Of a stretch of 64,000 nucleotides of DNA, positions 15,805 through 31,133 are shown in pieces. Both the position numbers and the translations under genes were made by a program. The notes beneath the pieces are model-generated. The model ran no database searches, was not told the origin of the DNA, and was given only the letters and a program-made list of their open reading frames with translations. Source of the stretch: the human T2T-CHM13v2.0 reference genome, Homo sapiens; the NCBI RefSeq assembly GCF_009914755.1, contig NC_060947.1. One strand, written 5' to 3'. Position 1 is the stretch's first letter; each line of letters begins with the position of its first letter.

Positions 15805-16283
15805 GCATACTAACTTATTTCCACTGTGACAAATGATCACAAATGGTGGCTTTAAACAACCCTAGTTGATGATCTTACAGCTCTGGAGGTCAGAAATCAA
15901 AAATTAACTATTGGCAAAGCTTCAGGGGAGAGATGGTTTTCTTGTTGTTGTTATTTTTTTTCCCCAGATTCTAGAGGCTACCTGCATTCTTGGCTTGTGG
16001 CACCTTCCTATATCTTCAAAGAGCATCACTCCAACCTCTGGACCCATCATCACATCTCCTTTTCCTGACTCGCACCTGTGTCCCTTTTATAAGGATCCTT
16101 GTGATTGCAATGGGCCTGCCTGAACGGTCCAGGATAATCTCCTCATCTCATAGACCTTAACTTAATCACATCTGCAAGTCCACTTTGCCATGAACAGTGT
16201 CATAGTCACAGGTTCTGGGGATTAAAATGTGGCCATCCTGGGCGGGGGCGGGGGCAGGGGGCGGGGGTATTCTGTCTACTGCT
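15805..16283 (-). mobile_element. MLT1C/D-like MaLR LTR
   Basis: Reverse MLT1 motifs: tcttacagctctggaggtcagaa; ccaggataatctcctcatctca; ttaatcacatctgcaagtc; tattctgtctac. Confidence 0.8.
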
Positions 16284-16589
16284 GGTAGTATTTGTCAGAT
16301 TTCTTCACTATAAAGTTACCATTTTTTTTTCCATTCCACATTCTTTTCTTTGTAAGTGAATCATTAAATTAACACCAGTGGAAGGAGAATAAAGTTCCAG
16401 CCTCTAAAGAAGGTATATATACAAACAAACATTCACAAATAAAATATGGAATTCTTCTGTAAGGAAGACTTGTCTCTTCTACCCTACTTATTTATTCAAT
16501 CGTTTATTTCTATTAGTATTGACTCATGGATAAAAATCAGAGAAAACGGTGGGATTAGTGCACAAGAGCACAGACAGAGGGGAAATGGT

Positions 16590-16960
16590 TAATTCCTTTA
16601 TTCATTCATTCAGCAAATATTTATTGAGTAACTTGTCTGTAAGAAATGGTTGTAGGTGCTGCGATTAAAGCAGTAAACAAGTTGAACAAGATGCCTGGCC
16701 TCTTGGAGCTTCTATTCCAGTGAAAGGGGATAGAAAATAAATAAAGAAGGAAAATATCTAATAGTTGGAATGATGAGTCTTATGGAGAGAATTAAATTGG
16801 GATGGTGTGACAATAGACAGTATACAGGTGGCCACTTTAGATTGGATGGTCAAAGGAAACCTCTCAGAGGAGAGGATATTTAAGTAAAGATCTAGACAAC
16901 AAGAGTCAGCCACATAAAGACCATGAACAAAAAACATTTTAAACAACAGTACAAAGGCCT
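16590..16960 (-). mobile_element. L2 3' end
   Basis: (ttca)n-gcaaatatttattgag tail, followed by tggtcaaaggaaacctctcagaggag. Confidence 0.75.
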
Positions 16961-17299
16961 TTCAGGGAATCTTTCTTCCTTTGAGAATGAACAGACAAAA
17001 ACAAAAACAACTAGCATGGAAAGCAGCAATGGAAATATATTGAAAAACACTATTTATTGAATAAGGAAACATGACTTCAATGAGCCAGGAAGAGAAAGCC
17101 AAGTAAGATAAGATGAGGAAAGATATAAATTACGTTGGTCGAGGAAACTAAAGGAAACTAAACCAATGTGACAAACAAAATGTACATTAAAGGGAGTAAA
17201 GAGAGGATTTGACACAGTATAGAGCAAAAATCAATAAATAGAAGGAAAAAAGATAAATTATAACAGATATGGAAGGCACTACTACAACTAATACCCCCA

Positions 17300-18366
17300 T
17301 GTTGCAGGAAGTCAGAGACCCCGAACGGAGAGACCGGCTGGAGCCGAGGCAGAACATAAATTGTGAAGATTTCATGGACATTTATCAATTCCCAAAATTA
17401 ATACTTTTATAATTTCTTACACCTGTCTTTACTGCAATCTCTGAACATAAATTGTGAAGATTTCATGGACATTTGTGACTTCCTCAATCAATACTCTTAT
17501 AATTTCTTATGCCTGTCTTTACTTTAATCTCTTAATCCTGTTATCTTCGTAAGCGGAGAATGTATGTCACCTGAGGACCACTATTGTACAAATTGATTGT
17601 AAAATATGTGTGTTTGAACAATATTAAATCAGTGCACCCTAAGAAAGAACAGAATAACAGTGATTTTCAGGGAACAAGGGAAGATAACCATGAGGCCTGA
17701 CTGCCTACAGGGTTGGGCAGAACAGAGCCATATTTTTCTTCTTGCAGAGAGCCTATAGATGGAAGTGTGAGTAGGAGAAATATCACTGAATTCTTTTCCC
17801 AGCAAGGAATATTAATAATTGGGACCCTGGGGAAGAAATGCATTCCTGAGGGTAGGTCTATAGATGGTTGCTCTGGAAGTGTCTGTCTTATGGGTTTGAG
17901 ATAAGGACTGAAATACACCCTGGTCTCCTGCAGTGCCTTCAGGCTTACTAGGATTGGGAAATTCCAGCCTGGTAAATTCTAGTCAGACCAGTTCTCTGCT
18001 CTTGAACACTGTTTCCTGTTAAGATGTTTATCAAGACAATGCATGCACAGCGGCACACAGACCCTCATCAGTATTCTAATTTTGCCTTTGCCTTGTGATC
18101 TTTTATTGCCCTTTGAAGCATGTGATCTTTTTGACTTACTCCCTTTTCATACACCCCCTCCCCTTTTAGAATCCCTAACAAAAACTTGCTGGTTTTGCAG
18201 CTCAAGTGGATATCACAGAACCTGACGATATGTGACTTCGCCTCCAGCGGCCCAGCTATAAAATTCTTCTCTTTGTACTCTGTCTCTTTATTTCTGAGAC
18301 CAGCTGACACTTAGGGAAAATAGAAAAGAACCTACATTGAAATATTGGGGGCTGATTCCCCCAATA
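17300..18366 (+). mobile_element. MER11 (B/C-like) solo LTR of HERV-K(HML-8)
   Basis: tgttgcaggaagtcagagacccc..., an internal duplicate of gaacataaattgtgaagatttcatggacattt, and end ggctgattcccccaata. 6-bp TSD ccccca at 17294-17299 and 18367-18372. Length 1067 bp. Confidence 0.92.
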
Positions 18367-18534
18367 CCCCCAAAATGGAATTGGCCTAAATATCTAATAT
18401 TAAGACATTGTTTGTACCACAGAATGGCTTATGCCATGCAGCTATTATAACTACAAGTCTTTACTGATGTCAAAATATTCAAAATCTAATAAGAAAAACA
18501 GGGAGGTACAGACATGATATATAGTATAATAAAA

Positions 18535-18775
18535 CAGTAAGCGCTTCCATTTACTGAGCATTTACCATATGACAGGAACTTAACCATATTACAAACATTT
18601 TATTTAATCCACAGAACAATCCCACACAGTGATATCACTTTATTTTACAGATGAGGAAATGGACTCATAGGAGTTAAGACACTTTCCAAATTTCACACAG
18701 CTAGTAAGTAGCAGAGTTTGAATGACACCTATATTTGGCAGACTTCAGAGCCTCACCCTTAACCACACTACTATA
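18535..18775 (-). mobile_element. MIR
   Basis: ttttacagatgaggaaatggactcataggagttaag...cacacagctagtaagtagcagag. Confidence 0.8.
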
Positions 18776-19496
18776 ACTAGATCATATTCAATAAGTAAAA
18801 CCTTAGTTACATTTAAAAATGTATCAGAAGACTAGAGTGAAAATACATCGAGGTGTTAACAGAGGCTATCTTATGTGATTATTTACCCTGCATATATATA
18901 ATTTTCTATTTTTCTAAGTGTTCTGTAATAAATATGTATTACTTGTAGAGTCCAAACAAACAAACAAAAAATTGTGGAGGGAGAAAATAAACAACTTTTA
19001 GTCTGGGACTCAGAAAAAATTGAGACTCGAGCTATAAATGAAAGGTCTTTAGTATGTAGGCAAGGACTGAAATAATTGCGGTAGATGAGATTGCACAGGA
19101 AGAATGTAAATATGAACAGCAACACTCAAGATAGGTAGGATGACTGAAATTGGAGTAGCAATTATTCTCCCCAAGAACAGATATACTTTCTATGACCTGG
19201 AAAATTCCTTCAAATATATAAAACATGCAACATTACTAACAAGCCCATATCCTTTGTATGAAAACATGCAACTCTTCAGTTATAGGAACAAATATGGTGA
19301 TAAATTTCATGTGCGTCTACCATAAGATCTTATGACAATAATAGTGGATAACCAAAACCTACAGAATTTTTAAACCAAAATAATTCCAATGTATAAAAAG
19401 TAACTGGTCTCAGAATTTCATGTGTTACCCTCTTATTATTTTTATTGGCTAGATCTTCTAGCCAAAGATTTGGCTTACAATTATTGCCACGCTTAC

Positions 19497-19535
19497 TTCA
19501 CCCATGATAAAACCAGACCCTCACAAGTTTTTAAT
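19497..19535 (-). CDS. Candidate 39-nt symmetric exon (LKTCEGLVLSWV)
   Basis: tatcttttctgtgttttttgaag|ATTAAA...GGGTGAA|gtaagc. Only the phase 2-2 frame is open, which matches the output phase of 31991-32064. Confidence 0.35.
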
Positions 19536-20069
19536 CTTCAAAAAACACAGAAAAGATACCTTCATTGAAAGTGAGAAAACCAAATTATGATAAATTAATA
19601 AAAGGACTTATCTCCAATGGCTGATCACCTTGTTAAATTTGTTTTATATGAAGTTAATCACATATGTGTTTCTTTAGCATGTACTATGTGCTTCGTCTTA
19701 AAAATATAATTTTAGACTTTTAAAATGAAAAGAAAGATTTCCATCTTCCAATTCTTACATGTGACAGATGAGGACACCACTTGACAAATAGTAAAGGCTA
19801 AATATTTTTAAACATGGAATGACCTGATTCCCAGCCCTGTATTCCCTTGACATTCTACACCATGAAGACATGATTATACATTACGTCAGTACAAAAGTCT
19901 GGGCTTATTCCTAGAATCTATACTAAATTCAGTTAGCCTACTTTACAGTCTTAAAGACTGTCACTTAATATTAAATTACTTAACTATAAGTAAGAGTTAA
20001 CTGTGGGAAACAAAAGAAAACTACTCTAAACCATTTTACTGAATAAAATCACCATCCAGTAATTGTTAA

Positions 20070-21350
20070 TAAATGGTACAACTTCTACAGGTATTTACTG
20101 AAAGCTTACTATGTGCAAAATCTTGCATTATGTACAATACAGGATATAAAAATACATTAGATACAGCCAGTCACTCTCTGAAAGGGCTCCCTTAGGCATA
20201 AGCAAATAAAGGCTCAAATTACTTCAATGCAGAACCAAACATGATAAAATTCATTGCAGTGGTAAAGTAGTTCAGAGGCAAGAAGCTCTCCTGATCTTGT
20301 GATTGGATTGATCAGATGAGGCTTTATGTAGGGTATGGAATTCAGTATGGGTCTTGAGGAACAAGTAGGATTTTAATAGTCATAAACAGGAAAGGACAGT
20401 CTAGGTGACATTATCAGATTAACAATTTTAAAAGAACCTTCTGCCTAGAGTGTGAAGAAACCAGTTGGTTCCCAAACATTGTAAAATTCATCCCTAAGTA
20501 TTTCACAAATGCATTCCCTTTCATTCATTCCCACTGCCATCACCTTTGTTCAGACTCTTTTCATTTCTTTCTTTGACTGCTACAATAGACTGATCACTGG
20601 TCTCCTAATTTTCCCGTCCTCCTTCCCCAAATAATCCACACAGCCACCAAAGTGATCTTTCTAGCAGTATAAGGCAGATCACATCACTCTTCTGTTTGTA
20701 AGCTTCAGTAGATCTCTGCAGTCTGTGAAGTATGTAAACTCTTTAGCATAAACATAAAATGCTTCTTAACTTGATCCATACCTCCCTCTCCTAACTCATC
20801 TCCAGCCTTTTCTTACTTTGCTCCTTATTATTATAATTAATAATCATCTGATTTTGATTATAGCTCTGTGAATGCATCATGCTTTTTCATGCCTTCATGC
20901 ATAGTAGTGCAATGTGAGATTAACATTGGATGTTATCCTAAAATTAAGATACAGCTATAGAATAATTTGAAAGCGAAAAGGCAACATGGCTAGATTTGAA
21001 TTCTGAAAAGAGAACTCTAATTAGAACCTAGAGAAAAATGAACTAACCAATTGGTTATTGCAGGACGTCAGGCAAAAGATGAGAGTAGCTTGAACTAAGA
21101 TGGTGGTAGTAGAGTGGAAATGGAGAGAAGTAGAAGAAACATGACTTCACTCATAAAGCCTGTCCTGACCCTCCCAAGACCCGGTGTATATATGTGTTAT
21201 ACACAGTCAGTAGCACCCCATATGTCCTTTCAACAGCACTTAAGAAACACAATTATTTGTGTGTATTTCCCACTACACAGAAAACCATGTATTAACATTC
21301 ACTGCTATATCCCTAGCACCCTACCCAGTAAGTGGTGAATAATATTTGTT
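20070..21350. mobile_element. Cluster of L2 relics in both orientations
   Basis: tatttactgaaagcttactatgtgc (20092), cacagccaccaaagtgatctttct (20639), tatatccctagcacc...aatatttgttaaa (21306). Confidence 0.55.
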
Positions 21351-22812
21351 AAAATGGTAAAAATATGATTGTACAGTGTTTGGCACTCTTTCTCCTGTGT
21401 TGGAAATACCAGACGATATTTTATACTGTGTTTCATCTATGAAAGACTACATTTGGAAGACTGAAACTCTGTCAGAGCATTACAGAAATGCTATTAGCTC
21501 CAGGAATGCAATCAGAAAATACCGCCACAACAACAAACTGGTGACTCTCACCACAACGTGTCCTCCTAGACATTACCATAATGCATGCATGAGGATGTTC
21601 AGATAAGTATACTGTTTCCATCAAAGCAAACCACATGTGGCTGACTTCTCCCTATAGCTCATAAAGCACTAGAATAAAACTTCATATAGGGTAAAATATA
21701 TGATGGATGGTAGATTACAAGACTAAACACATGCAAGGCTAATAAGAAGTTAATGCCCTTCTACACTGACCTCCGCTCACTCTTAACTCTTTATATTTCC
21801 ACCTACCTTATTAATTTTTCATAACAATTTTCTTCGTGATATATATTTATTATCTGACCACACCACACCCCCAGAAGAAGGTCAATGAGTAGAAGAACTC
21901 ATCACTTTTCATCATGCTTTTGCACGTGACAATGTTTAGTTCTTACCAATTACACCATAAATATTTGTTGCATCATAAACAGAACAAATATAGATTTTTT
22001 ACTAGTCCTTTATTTAGTAAATTAATGAGCAATTACTACATAGCAGACAATGTACTAATAATGGAGATACATTTCTTTCAGATATTCATTAACTTATTGA
22101 AGATTTGCTTTGCCAAATTTTTAAATATCCTCCTAAATTTATGTAGAATGTATAGGACAATTTGGAAATAATGTATCTCTTCTTAGCATTCAGTCTTTTA
22201 TCAAGAACCATGGTATGTATAACTGTCCATTTTTAAAATGTCTTCTTTCCTGTCTCTGAGCAGAATTTTTAAATATTCATAATATAAATCCTAGACATTT
22301 TTGTTACGGCTATTATAAATTGATTGTTTGCCATTATATCTTCTAAATGGCGATTTCTGATACAGACAAAAGGTACTGTTTTTAAAAATTTTTATTTATA
22401 TCCAACTATTTTTTATAACTCATTAGTTCTAGCACTAAGGGGTTGTTTTTAAGACTTAGCTTTTATAGATATACAAGCCTAACCTTTTTATTTCTTTCTA
22501 TTTTTATTGCATATATTTAAAGTGTACAATATGATGTTTTGGTACACATAGACAGAGTGAAATGATTACTATAGTTAAACAAATTAATATATCCATCACC
22601 TTCCAGAGTTGCCTTTTTGTGTGGTAAGAACATCTAAAATCTACTTCCTTGGAAAATTTTCAGAATAGAATATATCATTATTAACTATTGTCCTCATGCC
22701 ATAGATTACATCTCTAGACTTATTCACCTCACCTAACTGCAAATTTTCATGCTTTGACCTTCTTCTTCCCATTTCTTCCCACTCCTGCCCCTGTGTTTCT
22801 ATTTGACATTTA

Positions 22813-24715
<1,903 letters not shown>

Positions 24716-24811
24716 AAATACAGTATTTTTTGTTCGATATCTGCCTTATTTCATTTAGCATAATGTCCTCCACGTTCATCCATGTTGTTGTAAATGGCAT
24801 TATCTCCTTTT

Positions 24812-25736
24812 TTTTTATTATTATACTTTAAGTTCTAGGGTACATGTGCACAATGTGCAGGTTAGTTACATATGTATACATGTGCCATGTTGGTTTGCTG
24901 CACCCATCAACTCGTCATTTACATTAGGTATATCTCCTAATGTTATCCCTCCCCCCTACCCTTACCCCACGACAGGCCCTGGTGTGTGATGTTCCCCTTC
25001 CTGTGTCCAAGTGTTCTCATTGTTCAATTCCCACCTATGAGTGAGAACATGCGGTGTTTGGTTTTCTGTCCTTGTGATAGTTTGCTGAGAATGATGGTTT
25101 CCAGCTTCATCCATGTCCCTACAAAGGACATGAACTCATCATTTTTTATGGCTGCATAGTATTCCATAGTGTATATGTGCCACATTTTCTTAATCCAGTC
25201 TATCATTGATGGGCATTTGGGTTGGTTCCAAGTCTTTGCTATTGTGAATAGTGTCGCAATAAACATACGTGTGCATGTCTTTATAGCAGCATGATTTATA
25301 ATCCTTTGGGTATATACCCAGTAATAGGATGGCTGGGTCAAATGGCATTTCTGGTTCTAGATCCTTGAGGAATCGCCACACTGTCTTCCACAATGGTTGA
25401 ACTAGTTTACAGTCCCACCAACAGTGTAAAAGTGTTCCTATTTCTCCACATCCTCTCCAGCACCTGTTGTTTCCTGACTTTAATGATCGCCATTCTAACT
25501 GGCGTGAGATGGTATCTCATTGTGGTTTTGATTTGTATTTATCTGGTGGCCAGTGATGATGAGCATTTTTTCATGTGTCTGTTGGCTGCATAAATGTCTT
25601 CTTTTGAGAAGTGTCTGTTCATATCCTTCACCCACTTTTGATGGGGTTGATTTTTTCTTGCAAATTTGTTTAAGTTCTTTGTAGATTCTGGATATTAGCC
25701 CTTTGTCAGATGGGTAGATTGTAAAAATTTTCTCTA
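24812..25736 (-). mobile_element. 5'-truncated L1PA5/6-like
   Basis: polyT, reverse 3'UTR and ORF2 end. TSD ggcattatctcctttt at 24796-24811 and 25737-25752. Confidence 0.95.
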
Positions 25737-26928
25737 GGCATTATCTCCTTTTTAAAAGACTGAATAATATCCCATTTGTGTGTGTGTGTCACAATTTCTT
25801 TATCCAGTCATCCATTGAAAGTTGTTTCCATATCTTAGCTATTGTGTATAATGTTGCAATGAACATGAAAGCACAGATATCTCGAGGAAGTGCTAATTCC
25901 ATTACTCTTGCATATATACCCAGAAGTGGGATTACTGGGTCATATGGTAGTTCTGTATTCAGGTTTTTGAGGAACTTCTATACTGTTTACCATAATGGCT
26001 GTATCATTTTATATTCCCACCAACAGTGTGTAAGGGTTCTCTTCTCTACATCCTCTCCAACACTTGCTATCATTTGTCTTTCTGATAATGGCCAACCTAA
26101 TAGGTGCAAGGTGATATCTCATCGTGGTTTTCATTTACATCTCCCTGATGATGTGATGTTGAGCACCTTTTTATATGCCTGTTGGCCATTTTTATGTATT
26201 ATTTTTTAAAATATATCTATTCAGGTCCTTTGCTCATTTTTAAGTTGTGTTATTTGGTGTGTTTCTTTTCTACTGAGTTATGTAAGTTATGTTAAGATAT
26301 TAACCCTCATCACATATATGGTTTGCAAATATTTCCTCCCAATATGTAGGCTGCCTTTTCGTTTTGTTTATTGTTTTCCTTCCCATGAAGAAGATTTTTA
26401 TGTAGTCCCAACTTGTTTATTTTTGTTTCTGTTGCCTAAGCTTTTGGGGTGATATCCAAAAAAATCATTGCCAAGGCCAGTATCAAGGAGTGTTTCCCTT
26501 GTGTTTTCTTTTCTTTTTTGTCAAGCTCTTCCTGATAGCTCTGATCCCTTGTGTTTACTTTCAGAAGCTTTATGATTTCAGGCCTTACACTTTGGTATGT
26601 AATCCATTTTGCGTTTATTTCTGTGTACAATGTAATATAAGGATCCAGTTTCATTCTTTTGCAAGTGGATATACAGTTTTCCCAGCACTATTTATCTTCT
26701 AGGAATTGGTTAATTTTCTCTTCTTCCTTCCATTAATTATGCCTCTTTACTGACATTGGACAGAATTTACAGATATATATTCAATATTATGTTGATTGTG
26801 GGCATTCTTATTTTATTGCTGCTTAAGGAACAACTCTTACATATTACCATTAAGTGTGATGCTGAATTGTTGTTTCAGAGAGATAATTTTTTCATATTAT
26901 AAGTGCAAGTTTCTGTCACTAATCTTTT

Positions 26929-26958
26929 TTTTTTATACTTTAAGTTTTAGGGTACATG
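26929..26958 (-). mobile_element. Ultra-short L1PA 3'-tip insertion (about 30 nt)
   Basis: ttttttatactttaagttttagggtacatg is the reverse complement of the L1PA terminus. Flanked by tctttt at 26923-26928 and 26959-26964, at a TTTT/AA site. Confidence 0.8.
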
Positions 26959-27111
26959 TCTTTTAAGGGCTCTTTTCTATTCTTAAAAGGAGCATGTAAT
27001 TGTTTTCAAACACCTTTGGATTTTAACTTTTGGTTCTCATTACATCTATGCATTCTATGAATAACTTTCACGATCTTAAACCATTCTCATGCTGGGATAA
27101 AACTTTCTTAG

Positions 27112-27425
<314 letters not shown>

Positions 27426-27854
27426 TTTTCCTATGTTTTACTGTATTTGGAATTTGAAACTGACCCATAATTTGTATATGCATGCAAGCAACGTTTTGCT
27501 CAGGTTTTGACATTTGAACTATGCAACTTCCCATTATTTTCTATGTTCTGGATCACATTACTTAGAATCAGAATTATATTTCTTTCAAAGGGGCTTTATT
27601 TATAAGAAAGGTTACAAGAGAAGACTCAAAAGTCATTGTGTTATAAACTAGGGTCCATAAGACTAGGTCTCTCTGCAATGCCAGATTTAGCTCAAGTTAT
27701 CATTCAGTTACCTTGCCATTTACAAAGGTATTAGCTTAGAATTAAAAGTACAAAGAACTTTTCTTCTGTAAAGTGGTCTTATTAATCACTTAGATCTTAT
27801 GTGGAATCTAGGCCATACATTCACTTCTCTGGTTTGCGGTCAAGAATGCATTTA

Positions 27855-28640
27855 TAATGTGAGGGCTAAAACTGTAAAACTTTTGGAAGAAAACCTCAAA
27901 TTTGGAAGAGCAAAGATTTCTTGGGCAAGATACAAAAAGCACCAAGCATAACAGAAGAAAAATGATAAACTGAACTTCATTTTAAAAAGAACTACTGCTC
28001 ATCAAAAGACACAAATACCAGAATTCGAGGGTAAGCCATGGACTGGAAGGAAATATTCACAGTACAAATACCTATATATCCAGAGTGAACTAAAACCTCC
28101 TAATAATCAAAATAAAATAATAACCCATTTTTAAATGGCCAAAACACTTGAACATATGCTTCTAAAATATATCCAAATAGCTAATAAACATAAGAAAACC
28201 TATTCATATCATTACACATGAGGAAAATGAAGAGTGAAAACCATAATGAGGAAGTACTACACACCCACAGAATGGCTAAAATTAAAGAAGCTAACAATAT
28301 CAAGTGTTAGTAAAGATTCTCACTTATTATTGGTGGGAGTATAAAATGGTACAACTATTTTCAAAAAACGTTTGGTAGTTTCTACAAATGTTAAACAACA
28401 GTAGCTTACTCTATGTCCCAGCAGTTCCACTTCTAGTATACTGTAAATCCAAACAAAATGAGTGCATGTGGCCAAAATAAATTTTATACAAGAATTCTAA
28501 TAACAGTTTTATGCATTATAGCCAAATGTGGATGCAACTTAAATGACTATCAACAGGAAAATAGATAGAATAAATTGTTGCATATTTAAACAATGAAATA
28601 TTACACAGCAACAATAAAGAAGGAACTACTGATACATGCA
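27855..28640 (+). mobile_element. Old L1M ORF2-end / 3' fragment
   Basis: Decayed L1 motifs (aaactgtaaaacttttggaagaaaac; tggtgggagtataaaatggtacaac; gaactactgatacatgca). Confidence 0.7.
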
Positions 28641-28792
28641 GCTATAAATTCAACATCCCCTGATCTACTCCTGTTTTCACCCAACATGGCCACATATTAT
28701 CCCTGCTATGATTCCCCTATTTTCTGTATCTGTGAGCAAGTCTGTTTTACAGCCCCTAAGCTGAATATTCCACCCTAGCCCAGATGATAGTA

Positions 28793-29613
28793 CAGTAGTC
28801 CCTGCTTATGCATGGTTTCACTTTCCCCTGGTTTCAGTTACCCATGGTCAACCACATTCTAAAGAAAATATCAAATAGAAAACTCCAGGAATAAACAATT
28901 TATAAGTTTTCAATTGTGTGTCATTCTGAGTAAGATGATGAAATCTTACACTATCCTACTTCACTCCACCCCACCCACGACGGGAATTATCTCTTTGTCC
29001 AGCATCCTTGCCGTAAATGCTACCCACCCATGAGTCACTTAGTAGCCAGTTCAGTTAGTAGATCAACTGCTGAGGTATTTAGTGCTTGTGTTCACGGAAC
29101 CCTTATTTAACTTAATAATGGCCCATAGTGCAAGAATAGTGATACTGGTGACTTGGATATATCAAAGAGAAGCCATAAAGGGTTTCCTTTAAGTGAAAGG
29201 GTCAAAGTTCTTGACTTACAAAAGTATGTTCTCCCTCCACCAGAACACACGTTTTAACTACATAAGAAACCTGCACATCCTGCACATGTATCCCAGAACT
29301 TAAAACAAAATTAATTTTTAAAAAACACATGCTGAGGTTGCTCAGATCAACAGTAAGAAAGAAATCTGTTGGTGAAATTGTGGAGAAGGAAGAAGCAGCT
29401 TGTGCTAGTTCTGCTGTCACACTCAAACTGCAAAAGTTATGACCACAGTGTATGAAAAGTGCTTAGTTAAGATGGAAAATGTTTATATTTGTGAGTAGAA
29501 GAGATGAGCAGAAATATGTTCTGATTGATGACAGTTGGATTCGGTACTATCCTCAGTTTCAGGCAACCTTGGAGCCTTGAAATGTATCCTGCATGGATAA
29601 AGGGGGACTACTG
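28793..29613 (+). mobile_element. MER44 (B/C/D-size, Tigger7-derived) containing a small L1 3'-tip insert
   Basis: TIRs cagtagtccctgcttat / ataaagggggactactg with TA on both sides (28791-92 and 29614-15). L1PA-type tail aaacctgcacatcctgcacatgtatcccagaacttaaa at about 29245-29320. Confidence 0.85.
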
Positions 29614-29855
29614 TATACATTCCAACAAACAGGCACCCATCATGTTATTTCTCTAATTGGATTATTATGGAAAATTCCTTCTATGGTATCTGTCAAGTAA
29701 CAGTAACTTTATATATGTTCCCTTCCTACCTCAACCTTTCCTACGTTTTCTGTTCATTTTACAACATGCCTGTATTTTAAAATACCTCGGAATTGAAAAA
29801 CACAAATACTACATTTTCAAAATAATTAAAATCTCACTTTTATATTTGAATAATA

Positions 29856-31133
29856 TGAGGGATCTTCAAAAAGTTCATGCAAAATGTGTATTTTGAAAAA
29901 AACTATGCATGGATTTCAATTTTTTTGCATGAAAATAAACTCATAGTAATGTGTTATAAATGCCTGAACAGGACCCAGTTTGAAGCACTGAGTATAAGAC
30001 ATCAGTTTGAAAAGAGCCTCTATCAAAGCAACATGAATTCTGCTAAAACTGAAGCAAGAACAAACATCAAATTTATCACAAAGTTTGGGTGGAAGAATGA
30101 TGAAATCGTTGATGCTTTATGAAAAGTTTATGGGGACAATGCCCCCAAAGAAATCAGCAGTTTACAAATGGATAACTCATTTTAGAAAGGGATGAGATGA
30201 TGTTAAAGATGAAGCCCTCAGCAGCAGATGATCCAAATGAATTTGCAAGGAAAAAATTAATCTTGCTCATGCCCTAATTAAAGAGGACCAGCGAATAACA
30301 GCAGACATGATACCCAACACCATAGATACCACAGTTGGTTCAGCTTACACAACTCCAACTGAAAAATTCAAGTTGAGCAAACTTTCCACTTGATGGCTAC
30401 CAAAACAATTACACATAGATCAGCTGCAGACAAGAAAAGAGCTTTCAATGGAAAATTTTAAACAAGTAGGATCAAGATCCTGAAGTATTTCTTCAAAGAA
30501 TTGTAACATGAAATGAAACATGGCCTTACCAGTATGATTCTGAAGACAAGCACAATCAAAGCAATGGCTAGGAAAAGGTAGAAGTAACCCAGTCAAAACA
30601 AAAGCAGACTGGTCACAAGCAAAAGTCACAACAACAGTTATTTTGGGATGATCAAGACGTTTTGCTTGAGGATTTTCAGAAGGGCCAAAGGACTATATCA
30701 TCTGTTTATTATGAGAGTGTTTTGAGAAAGTTACCAAAATATTACCAGAAAAATGCCTAGGACAGCTTCAGCAGAAAGTCCTTCTTCACCATAACAATGC
30801 TTCTGCTCATTTCTCAAACAAGGGCAATTTTGTGAGAGTTTTGATGGGAAATCATTAAGCACCCATCTTACAGTACTAATTTGGCTCCTTCTGACTTCTT
30901 TTTGTTTCCTAGTCTTAAAAACCCTTTAAAGAGCACCCATTTTTCTTCACTTAATAATGTAAAAGAAACATCATTGATATGGTTAAATTCCCAGGACGCT
31001 CAGTTCTTTAAATGGCTGGTATCAACACTTAAAAAAGCAACTTGATTTGGGTGGAGCTTATATTAAGAAACAGTTGTTTTTTATTTTTATCTTTTATTTC
31101 CATTTTTTCCATGAACTTTTAAAAGTTCCCTCA
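29856..31133 (+). mobile_element. Full-length HSMAR2 mariner transposon
   Basis: TIRs tgagggatcttcaaaaagttcatgcaaaatg / catttt-ttccatgaacttttaaaagttccctca. TA TSDs at 29854-55 and 31134-35. Length 1278 bp. Confidence 0.92.
30033..31085 (+). pseudogene. Decayed HSMAR2 transposase
   Basis: MNSAKTEARTNIKFITKFGWKNDEIVDAL*; IVT*NETW, LLHHNNASAH, HPSYSTNLAPSDFFLFP. The first two catalytic Asp residues are Asn, and there are many stops. End approximate. Confidence 0.85.
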
